Shown: positions 55,101 to 63,837 of the stretch, in pieces
Layout of the letters: each line of letters opens with the position of its first letter
How positions within the stretch are numbered: position 1 is the first letter of the stretch
From: Phoronis australis
Lineage: Eukaryota; Animalia; Phoronida
Length of the DNA: 63,837 nt
Direction: 5' to 3'
Assembly (NCBI GenBank): GCA_002633005.1
Contig: NMRA01000763.1
Coordinates: 1 to 63,837, forward strand
Translations under genes and position numbers: made by a program
Notes under the pieces: model-generated
Told to the model about the DNA's origin: nothing
Seen by the model: only the letters and a program-made list of their open reading frames with translations
Databases searched by the model: none

Positions 55101-58100
55101 TCCGTTGCCTGTGCATGTTCACGGCGCCTCTCTAGAATTTCTTGATCAGTGTATTCCGGTTTGAACTGATAGCCTGTGAATCCTAACGATCCAACCCGTG
55201 AAGTCTTCATCGGATGAGCCCTTGACTACGTTGGATTGGCGCCTGGCGAGTTGCCATGTAGACGTTTATTATTCTGTGTTCTGTTTCAAAGTGAATTATT
55301 CTCATCCTAACCAATTCTTATATAAAACTGAAACAAAGTCCATCTCATTAGATACAATTTGTAATGCCTTTGTAGTATTCTGAGTGCAAATGTTGAGAAG
55401 CTAGCAATGAATAAACCACTGCATTACGGGCTTTTGATGCCAGCAATACAGGTAATTGACCGGTCACCCGAGGTTGTGTGAGCGCATGCCAAATCAGTGT
55501 TTGCTGACAGGAAGCTGTTGTGAAACAATTACTCGATTTTATATGCTATGGCCACATGTTAGGGTAGTCTTTGTAATCTAGAAATACAAGTACATTATTC
55601 AAATCATTGTTACTGTGCAACCTTTGCCCTGATGCTCTGTGGAAGGGGAACTCGACTTCGCGGTCCCAGATAAGTAAGTAGATTTTCAGTTTCATGGCTA
55701 ATTCACTTAAATAATTACATGCACATTATTTCTTTGGCTCACTATTGTAGTCTTTTTCATGACTGGAGGTTTAGTTTCCAACTCATGCTGGTTTATGTTC
55801 ATGCCAGTCCGGGCGGCCGTGACAAAGGTTTTAAAGGTATTACATTGAAGTTTGATGATTTATTGATGTTAAGTGATGAATTCAAGCGACAAAGCTGACA
55901 CCAGTAACCTGTGTTGTGAACTGTTGAACAGACTGCGTGTGAAACCAATGACGTCATTGGATAATTTCAACACCTCTGCCATCTGGTGTCGGGTAACGCG
56001 ACCGAACGTGCCGTTATCGAGTATAACTACTGGATCTGAATTGATGGAAAATATGTTGTTTTTTGGGTGGCATTCTCCTTTAATGGCCATTTAATGATCG
56101 CTCCTTGAATGTTTGGTACTTACGATGCACATGGTGGGCGCTTATTAAAACCAACACCCTGCGTTGTTCTAATTGTTAAACTTACTGCAGCGATGACGAT
56201 GTTTTGCCAAAACCAATGGCCTTGTGCATACATAGCTTTTCCCACAACAACATTCGTACAATGCCTCCACATGACAACTTACAGAGTGCGCAGGAGCCCA
56301 GGCTGAACTATATGGGATCGGACTCGTCTTTTGAAAGAGATTCTGAAACTCAGCTATATAGACACATTTTCAGAACTTAGACAGTTAACGTTTTAACTTT
56401 TCATTGGGATGTTGCCTCTCCCATTTAATGTGGTAAGAAAAAAAACTTATGTTACCGACACTTGGTCTGGGAAATCTCTCTACTTTGCTCAGTAGACTTC
56501 AAAAGCAATTGTGCTTGTGGGCAATCTCCATGCACATTAACTTAATGGATCAAATCTGAAGCAGCAAGAACAGAGGAATGTAGCCTATCTGGCTATGGTC
56601 CTCTGTCTCCTTGAAGAGGATTTAATAAACAGTGAGGAGAACCGTTCTGTGCTATGGACGCTTGCTGTGGGGCACCACGGCACCTCACTGTATGGGGAGA
56701 GAGGTAAGGGTGACATGACCAGACTTAGTTGGGAATCACCAATCCTTCTGGGTAGAAGGTTAAGTGAAATGACCAGACAAACGGAGGTAGTGGTGATTGT
56801 GGACGCTGTCTGTGGACAGTAACTTGGTTCAAATACATAGCATCCGTAGGAGATGAATGTGACCTACTTGGCTACGGACGACTGCAATCTGTCTCTGTAA
56901 GAGCCTAATCAGTATATTTACATATTAACAGGCAGTGGGCCCGACCTATGTGTCCCGCGCACGTCTGATGCTGTTCAGGTTTCAGACCACCTGCATTGTT
57001 TTTAGAATGTGTGCTTTCAAGTTTGCATTGTTAAAGTTGATGATAAAACGAGGCGTTCTTTTCCTAAACAGCAATGCACAACAATCATTTTTGCAGGGAT
57101 GCTAAAGTGTGCAAGTAGTGATATGACTTCCCAAGTGGTTTCAAATTGTCTGGCGGCTGCAGTATTGATTCACCCAAGCGTATTTGTTACTACTTAATAT
57201 ATTCCCTGATGTTTAGTAGTAATTTGGATAATGATTTTTGGTTCCTAAACTGATGTCCCAAACATGTTGTCTACACTTGTCTGCAGAAATTCCCAGTAGT
57301 AATCAAGATAGCACCAGCCAGTCAGGCCATACAACTATAGTTCCCTGTGTCAGTCAGGCCATACAACTACATGTATAGTTCCCTGTGTCAGTCAAGCCAT
57401 ACAACAAAAGTTCCCTATGCTTGTATCATTGAAAAACAATAATCAACTTGTCAGTTTTGATAAAAGAAAATATGTGTTCTTAGTATTTGACGTTATACCG
57501 TCAGAGGCCCTAAAGTCGTGAGTGCCCTAAAGTTGTGAACGATCTTATTTCCTCTTCTGCGTGGTCCTGCGACATCTGGCGTTGAAATTTCCAGCGTTCG
57601 TCTGCTTACGAACGTCAAACGAATACCCGGACGTGTTCGTATTCACAATATGATAACAAACTGTGAGTGAGTGGCTTCTTTTTTCAAATGTATCTTAAAA
57701 AGAGCATATTTCACTAATTCACTTTTTTGGGCATTTTTGGGATATATTTTCGAAAATATTTATCGTTCAGATTTACTCAAACACGCGTTCCAGGGGTAGC
57801 TTGAACAATGTATCAAAATGTCCCAGGGTTGATCAAGTTTTGTAAGGCCAAAACACTAAAATACAGAGCGATAATTGATGCTGGGTTCTTAGCGTTTTAC
57901 GTGAACAACCTCATTGAAAACGTCTGTGCACATCAAAGTTGGGTGCAAAACTTATAACAATTTATTTCAATTGAAACTGAATTAATAAACAATGCAATGC
58001 ATTTTTATGTCATCTAGAGTAACTACGCACTGTAGTTGACTTGTGAGGTCTTACTCCGTGTATTTCCGTCTAACCGAAACGGTCACGACTTTAGGGCCTC

Positions 58101-61090
58101 ATTCAAAATGGCCGCCGATATCAGCGACCGTTTCAAAACTCTGCTTACAGAGACAAACAAGGATTAAGATTGTCAAAACACGTAGATTTGTGAAGACTGA
58201 CATATGTCCATGACATCACATGAGCAGTTGCTAACGGACATTGGGTAGTATGACAATCGGCACTTATTATGCTTATATTCACGACTTTAGGTCACCGGTG
58301 TATACAAAACATAAATTAAAACTTGCTTTCTTTGACTGTTTAAAGTAAGATAAGAGTCACTTGCAGGGGTCCAGCATTTTGGGAACCAGTTTTTTCCACT
58401 GACTAATGGGCATCAAACTGGTTCTCAAATTACAGGACCCAGAAGGTGGCCATTGCTGTTTTTAATAGTGCATGCAAACTGACAAGAAGTACATACAGTA
58501 CCCTGAATTGCTATGGAATGTTTCAGTGCCTATTGCTCCGAGATTTAAAAAAAAAAACGTGTCACCTGACCATGTTCCTTTTTTCAGGAATGAACTAGAG
58601 CTACCAGTGAGATTTTTGGATTGGTAAAGATGTATATAGCTCACTGGCCTCTCAGCAGATAGCAGCGTGATGCTCACTCTATGTACAGCACACTGACTGA
58701 CTAGGCGGCTGAAAACTGCAAAATTTCTGACTTGCTTGTCAATTTTATTTTCATTTTTGCAGAAGAGCCCCGCACTTACACTGAAGCTTCGTCCACCAAA
58801 GAACGATAAGAAAGTCACGTGGACAGAGCATACAGTTGACAACGAATTTATGGACAAGAAAAAGTCTAAATGTGAGTAAATCTTTCAGGAGCAAATGTGA
58901 AACTTGGCAACTTTTGAGCTAAGTAAGGGAATTACTTGTTGCCGTTGGTGAGAAGTGTTAGTCAACATTAAATCCCTCTTTCTTCGCAGATCTTTAAATT
59001 TTATTTCATCGTTGGAAGCAACCAGGGATTTACCCAGGCCTCAAAAGCCAGGTCACCAGGTGGGTGAGTGAGTCATAGTATCAAGTTGTCCACTGAGCCC
59101 CAAACTTGGGTCGGCTAGTTTTTAAATGGCATATACCTTTCAGGACTCAATAAGTAACAGTTTGCGTTGGCACAGTCATTTGGTCAAGGCATTGTTAGTC
59201 AATAACTTTATATTGCTCCTTGACATAGCGAGTCAATCTTCATAAATTATGCCATTGATGGAACATTTGAACAATTTTACAAAAGCTCCCTATGCCTGTC
59301 TTAAACTTTTGAACATAGTAAAATTCCTCTCGTGCCCAAGAAATCCCGGCACCTTTCCCTCTTTCCCCTCAGGTGAAAGGTCCCTGTCACTCTAAGTGTT
59401 TCATCTTTTCTTCTCATACCCAGGTTGCTGCGTTTATAAAAAGCCTCGCCTGTTTGGCGAATCCTCGTCGGACGAGTCAGGTGACGACTGTTCTCCGGAC
59501 TGCCGTGGCCACAAAAAGAAGGCTCACAGAAAACACACACATGTTCATGACTGTCAAGAGCATCATGGCGAAGAGCAAACAGGTAATGGCAGCAAGACTA
59601 CCTGGATGTATTACGATTCTTAAGCTGATGTAAGGTGTTAGAAAAATGTGGAATTTTGGCCTAATTGTGAACATCAAATCTCAGAAATGGTGATCGGATC
59701 CATTTGAAACATTCTGCTTCTGTTTTTATGGTCAGTTCTTAAAAATGGTGAGAATTGTTTTGAAATATTCCACTTTTGCATGCGGGGCGTCGAAAGAAGA
59801 ACAAACTCAAATAAAAACGAATTGATAATTTAGAAAATCGTTATAACATTTTTAAGATTTTATCTTGAAATTTGAAATTCGATCATGTTATCGATACCGT
59901 TGTTTTGCAGTCTATCTACTTTCCTTTTGTGCTAAATTTAACTAAAAAGACATGAGCACCTGACCCAATTAATGGCAGATGGGTAAACAGTCAAAATCAA
60001 ATCCTGTAAGCTGTCTACTCTCAGAAAATTGATTTCAAGTGTATAGTTTGGTAGATGCTGTGCTTAAGGCGCAGTCTTGTCAATAAGGTCTACATAATGT
60101 TAACCTCTTTTTAGGTTGTCTAGATATGGTGCTAAGTGCATAGACTTGCTGATGAGGCCTACATGTACATATATGTAACATTAACCTCATTTCAGCCTGT
60201 CTACATGTAGGTATCATGCTAACTGCATAGACTTGTCCATGAGGCCTACATATTGTTAACCTCAATTTAGCCTAACAACAAAATACATTCGGCACTAGAT
60301 CACTTACATCTTTGAAACAGAATGAGCCTTAGAGTTATTATTCAAAACTTCTGGAAAAAATATAGCCACTTAAATGCTCTCCTGAATGTGCAGAGCTTTT
60401 TGTTTCCTTTTACACAAGGGAGATGTTTAAACTCAAAGCGTGCAAGGCGCATGGAAACATCACCAGTCAGATTAAAGGTTATCCTCTAGTCAGGTTGTAT
60501 TTACATGGGAGGCAGGTTCACACGCCTGTATTTTCTGCCTTTTAAGAACCAGTTTTCTCCAGTGACTAACGAGCGTCAAACAGGTTCTCAAAATGTGGGC
60601 AGGTTATATCTGACTCCTGCTGATTCACGCCATCGATGTTTAGAGCCATGTGTTTTGGACAGTGTGGTGGAGTACTCAGACTTAAAGCTAACATAAGTTG
60701 TAACTTTATTGTTTTGGGGCCAGTTGTGTTATTTTGTGGAACATGTCGCTTTAGTGAACTGCATATTTCACATATTAAGGCTCATAATAGGCGAGAAAGG
60801 TGATTTTCAGGGAGTGGCTTCAGCATAGAATCAAACCTGGAACCACGCAGTTGCAGTCTAACACTCTGATGGCAAAGCTACCCCCCACTCGATAATTGAC
60901 TTTTCAACTGGTAGTGCCTCGGTCTTTGTTTCACAGTATGTCAGACAATGGCAAGCATTGGTGGTTTGTAACAACATCAAAACACAACAGCTTGCTTTGC
61001 TTGATAGCTCTGTTCAAAGCCAAGAACTTAAATCTAATAATAATCGCGAAATCCTTATTTTCAGATGTAAATCGGACATTGTCCCTTTAA
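49162..61090 (+). CDS. PPP1R11: Protein phosphatase 1 regulatory subunit 11 / inhibitor-3 (Ypi1 family)
   Basis: Exons: 49162-49233 (MADGGQQQVVASGSLTVTETETKE), 58763-58871 (LTLKLRPPKNDKKVTWTEHTVDNEFMDKKKSK, with RVxF-type KKVTW) and 59424-59582 (CCCVYKKPRLFGESSSDES...). The CDS then either reads through to the stop at 59623 (126 aa) or splices to 61065-61090 (121 aa), with AATAAA at about 61648. Phases are consistent. Confidence 0.92.
49393..49680 (+). repeat. Partial copy of the 1815-2640 foldback family
   Basis: GTATGACACTCGGGACTAGAAATTCCACGGGTGCTTC and CATTCACGGTG...CTCCAGCG are shared with about 1880-2110. Confidence 0.7.
50553..54965 (-). mobile_element. Full-length, apparently intact Ty3/Gypsy LTR retrotransposon (Mag-like), 4413 bp
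   Basis: 123-bp TG...CA LTRs at 50553-50675 and 54843-54965 (2 mismatches). TSD GCGGT at 50548-50552 and 54966-54970. PBS TGGTGTCAGG (tRNA-Leu type) abuts the 5' LTR. PPT AACGAAGGGAGA follows a T-run. Confidence 0.97.
50819..54817 (-). CDS. Gypsy gag-pol polyprotein (1332 aa)
   Basis: Uninterrupted ORF: two Zn knuckles (CFNCGGNH...C, CNFCKMTGHFANVC), protease IDTGA, RT LPFGL...IADD, RNase H TDAS, integrase HLGH...CASC, SDNGPQ, NGKAER. Domain order is PR-RT-RH-IN. Confidence 0.97.
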   Translation of the reverse strand: MSDLTGVPIPTIDWKAQNLPDRFRKFKQTCELIFNGPLAEKTDSVKVNYLLLWVGEEGRDIRNGWELTGDDLESLTVHYDNFEKYCKPKTNFRVARFKLRALKQTEGETIDAFLTRAKIVASECNYADTNEQLLDTIIAGVRHENVQKKLIAKEDLTLDSALGMIRAHETAVVHMQDIQNSQTPNSNDVLSVTGARPKQFVQRKKPAVKEKARQTSCFNCGGNHAREDEACPAYGLVCNFCKMTGHFANVCLKRKQRNKHTNYASRKQNQISHKPPQRTSKVHNIDQGVEVYTLDTIENHNKTEAFVHIKMQTAQKRNVMVRCKIDTGAELNVMPLRVFKQVCPDNIDQNGLPTNLSPAPNVDLSAYGGTPIKNFGALELQASFSDKTLNTKFYITDVIGPTLISLVTSVELGLLTLHTQNSLHEIGKTTQANDRKKLAKLPDNPSEAKTLLLNTYHEVFDGIGLFPGEYHITLRPDAEPTVNPPRRVPESLKEPLQKELKRMVDLEIIKPVEEPTDWVHSLVYVHKPNGDLRVCLDPRELNKWVKREHYNTKTLDDILPMFHGAKYFSILDAKSGYWNVKLDKESQALCTFNTPQGRYSFLRLPFGLVSSQDVFQRKIDATFEGLPGVVGIADDIIVFGRTAEEHDNNLISAVHRAKDQGLCLNPDKCRIKQQKIKFFGNYIGADGLEPDPAKISAIVNMKPPRDTQQLQSFLGMVNYLARFIPNLSALCKPLRDIIKKESEFVWSPAQEKAFEAVKKAISSTSALPYFDPKLPVTVQTDASKSGLGTVLIQNKRPVAFASKSLTETESNYCNIEREMLAIVFGLERFHHYVYGRPVRIETDHKPLMSITKKKLSSAPPRLLRMLLRIQQYDFTVTYTPGKNIPVADALSRNSLPGSAIADMDVNIHSLVSVTKPRLQDIRQLTEQDEVLAQLKQAITQGWPDSKAACPVCVQDYWTYRDELSLYDGIIVKGDRVVIPKILRSYVMEKLHLGHPGIEKSKLRAKSSVFWPRINSDIELMVQSCASCQRNQSSQQKEPILHIEAQQPWVIIGSDLFQWNNNSYLLVVDYYSSFCIVRKLSSTTSSSIIQQLRMVMSEYGIPHSLVSDNGPQYSSDEFRRFVEEYDFKHVTSSPHYPQGNGKAERFVGTVKRCLQKSLETGDDPQMALLCLRTTPIASGLPSPAEYMFNRKVRSNLPVVNNKEKELPYPAKSTKQVEYYNQHARPLTELSDNQHVRVQNPISKKWEPATVVKKCEQAPRSYIVRKSTGVEFRRNRRHIRSTKEEPQPPDDYTPSVEEDLQPVVPEGTSTTADDGLYHTRSGRAVKPPARFHDL
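57319..57417. repeat. ~31-bp minisatellite x3
   Basis: CAGTCAGGCCATACAACTATAGTTCCCTGTGT variants; the second unit carries an extra CATGTA. Confidence 0.85.
57517..58302. mobile_element. TA-flanked Tc1/pogo-type MITE
   Basis: CCTAAAGTCGTGA (doubled) at the left end; TCACGACTTTAGG at 58083 and 58279; TA at both ends. Confidence 0.55.
60050..60272. repeat. Degenerate ~60-bp tandem repeat
   Basis: Recurring GCATAGACTTG...TGAGGCCTACAT...TTAACCTC units. Confidence 0.65.
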
Positions 61091-62595
61091 ACAGTGGTTC
61101 TCCCACTCACACATAGTAATCATTCTGTTTTTTTTTCTAGGGGAACCAAGCTGACTGATCTAGGAGCATTGTTCTCTGTGGACTGGTTAATCGACATTGG
61201 AAGGAAATTAAAAGCTGCATCTACCTTTTGTTTCCAATTCTCATGTTTCTGGCTGGAGAGAGAAATGTATTTTTGTTTGGGGGTCGTGGACAGATGATTG
61301 AACAGATGGAGACACTTTACCAGCTGCTGAATGTGGATTATTTGAACCTCAATATATGGATGAACTTCTGTATCTTAGTAATTTATTGTATGCACACTGT
61401 GATGTATGTTGTAATTGTAACTACATAGAGTCTCACTGCTTTATTACTCAATCAAATTAGTTTTATGGCATTACTAAAAGTATTGGATTTTTTGAACATG
61501 CAGTAGTATCACTGAAATGCTTCAAAAGCACAGAAATCGAGTCAATTGCAATACTCTCTGTGTGTTTTGTACTTTGGTACGGGGTGCAAAAAAACGGAGA
61601 GTCAAAATTCTGTATGAAACTTAAATTCTATGTAATTCTTTTGAAGAAAATAAAAAAGTTCATTGCAAACTGACTTGTATGGTTAAAAGTTTGTGAACTG
61701 TTCAATTTAAGTGTACAAAGCTTGTAGAAATCAATTCAATAGAAAGAGTGCATTTTTGAGAGCTTTTGTTAAAAAGTCACTGACACTTTCTTGACTACTC
61801 TCCATAGTATATTTTTGTAGGTTAAACTCCTACCTACTGCTTATTTAATGAAAATGGGAGACTTTCAAAGACAATGTGGTGACAGGTTGCGTGTGACCAG
61901 ATACCAGTGCCCTCTAGAGGTCGAGAAGGTACTTTAACTTTTGTTTAAAACACATCTTGTCTAATCATATCAATTGTAAAAAGGTCAGAAGGCAAGCCAT
62001 TCCCCTATGCCACTCACTGTAAAGACAAAGTAACCACTGGTACTGCTAGGTGGCGCTATGAGTCACCAGTTCCACTGATCAGCTCCCATTCCTTCCTGAA
62101 AGTCTCCCATTGAATAACTGACACAACATTCTTTAACAAATATTGGAATCCTTATGAAGGTCTTTGTTGTAAAGGTGAACCCTTTTGTAAAATTCCAACA
62201 AAAGAAATGTCCGAGGGAAACCTGGGTTTGAGTTTTTGTGATCACCCTGTGTTGAACCATTTGGCATTCCATGTACAGGTTGTTCTGTGTATCAGTTTTT
62301 CACCTTTACAAAGGGTGATTTACCCCAACCTCTGATTGAAGAACGCTGTATAGGAAAAACCTCAAAAAAACAAAGTTGTGGTAATACCTCACCTATTTCG
62401 CACAAAAATAATTACCAAAATTGTCATTATTTATTTTTCAAAGACAGCACAGGGACATCTATTGTACAGGGCAAAAAACCAAATTAATAATAAATTACAT
62501 TTTCTTAACCAGCTTTTGTGTGAATTATGCTTGTTTGTCCGTCATGTTACATCCTGCGTTAAATGGGTGTATATAGAGTATAACCACGTAGTAAG

Positions 62596-62850
62596 CATGC
62601 GCGCACCTAGCCTTCAATATGGGGGGCTCGAATTCCCGACGTTGTGGACCATTTTCAGTTGCTAACAGAAGAGCGGGCGGACTAAACAAAAACGGAAGCA
62701 CCACTGACAGTGAATTGCGCTTCCAGAGTTTACTTTTGTTCCATTTTCTCGGACTTTTTGTCTCTCGGGGGCAGACATTTTTGCCCACTTGGCCAAATGG
62801 GGGATCATTCGAGCCCCCCCCCCCCCAGCACTCCCCCGGGTGCGCGCGTG
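62596..62850 (+). mobile_element. Complete copy of the CATGCGCGCA MITE with a 5-bp TSD (GTAAG)
   Basis: CATGCGCGCACC...GGTGCGCGCGTG; GTAAG at 62591-62595 and 62851-62855. Confidence 0.88.
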
Positions 62851-63619
62851 GTAAGTATTTGTACTAAGTCGTGCGACGAACAGCTCTGATACGAGTCCAC
62901 TCACGGTCGACTGTAGAGAGGAGTCAAAATTTTGGTTGTAACCACTACCAGTCTTGATATTCTTTGTAAAGTCGTCGACAGGCACCACTATTTGTATACA
63001 GCGCGAGTGTATAGTTGAGAAGTGTGCATTGAAAATAATCAGTTACACCAGAATAACAAAATAACGTTCAAGACTTTGAAAACTACATGTAAAAGCGTGT
63101 GAAGCCGACCTGTTAGGCTTCAAAAGGAAACACATTACTGGACCAACAAATGGATCTACCATTGGCCGAGGGCCTCCAACCAGGCTAGAGTCGGGGTCGA
63201 ATATGGGCCTCATTCATGTCCTTTCAGCTTGTAATGAATGCAGGTCACAAGTTAAAGTCCAGTAATCATCCTGTCGATGAATCAACGTAGCCGGATTTAG
63301 GGGGAACAGGACCCCCCCCCCCCCCCTTGGCTGCCGCAAAAAATGAAAAATGTTGAGTTAATTAATTAACCCCGGTAATTGAAATTATACGGATGAAACA
63401 AGATTTAAATGTGTGCAGTTTTAGTGTTTGGGGGAGGGGGGGGGGGCTCAGATCCAATTTCAAGTGTCTAATTCGGAACACGGCTTATTCTTAACGGAAC
63501 TATGGCTAATAGCTGGGCAGATAAGTGCAAATAGATACCAGAATTGTGCAAATGATGATACAAGCACCAAATTTACCATGATGACTCATAATAGCATACT
63601 TAAGAAATCTGTCCGACTA

Positions 63620-63837
63620 GCCACCTGAAAATCCAAGATGGCGGCCATTTTTCAAGATGGCCGCCGTCCAGTGTTCGTGATAATGATTTTCCTTGTAAAT
63701 CAGTATCTACCCAACCGATTTTAGCGATCTTGGGGTCAAATGTTATAGTTTTGGGTATGCCTAATTCATTTTGGACACTGTGAACACTCTCAATTACATA
63801 TATTGTCAGGATATAGACAATTATACACTTTAATTCG
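63620..63837. repeat. Start of an interspersed repeat with CAAGATGGCGGCC motifs
   Basis: AAATCCAAGATGGCGGCCATTTTTCAAGATGGCCGCC; the CAAGATGGCGG core also occurs in the 4252-5859 element. Truncated by the window end. Confidence 0.4.

Larger units (their letters stand above)
50295..56079 (+). mobile_element. Kolobok-like non-autonomous DNA transposon with a decayed THAP domain, interrupted by a Gypsy insertion
   Basis: TTAA at 50291-50294 and 56080-56083. 15-bp TIRs AAGAGAATGCCACCC / GGGTGGCATTCTCCT (14/15). With the LTR element removed, 50449-50552 plus 54971 onward reads CIVSACPN...I*FFRLP*EPGMLRKWLAVVK...LRVCDCHFIDSDF (THAP C2CH). Confidence 0.85.

Noticed and set aside
55300-56000. Possible second (KolX-like) ORF of the Kolobok-like element
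   Set aside because: I could not recover convincing conserved motifs by eye.
62063-62400. Possible coding remnant on the minus strand (similar impressions at 2750-3280 and 31000-31600)
   Set aside because: Multiple stops and no motif I could assign; a translated search would be needed.

Overview
This is a repeat-rich eukaryotic window, most likely from a marine invertebrate (inferred from the TE families, the intron style and strong TACATGTA enrichment). Three spliced host genes can be assembled by hand with GT-AG sites and consistent intron phases. They are a secreted type-B carboxylesterase (+, 18446-25001/25302), a DTX3L/DTX3-like Deltex RING E3 ligase (-, 43064-35350, 7 exons, 743 aa) and PP1 inhibitor-3/PPP1R11 (+, 49162-59623/61090). 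PPP1R11 intron 1 holds a TE nest: an intact Mag-like Gypsy element (123-bp LTRs, GCGGT TSD, 1332-aa gag-pol) inserted in the decayed THAP domain of a TTAA-flanked Kolobok-like element. The rest is decayed Academ, DIRS1, Gypsy, LINE and pogo-like remnants, several MITE families, tandem repeats and an 880-bp segmental duplication. I found no clearly new biological system. The best leads are the Deltex protein, whose ADP-ribose-binding DTC pocket appears remodelled, and the atypical carboxylesterase active site. All alignments were done by eye; no database searches were run.
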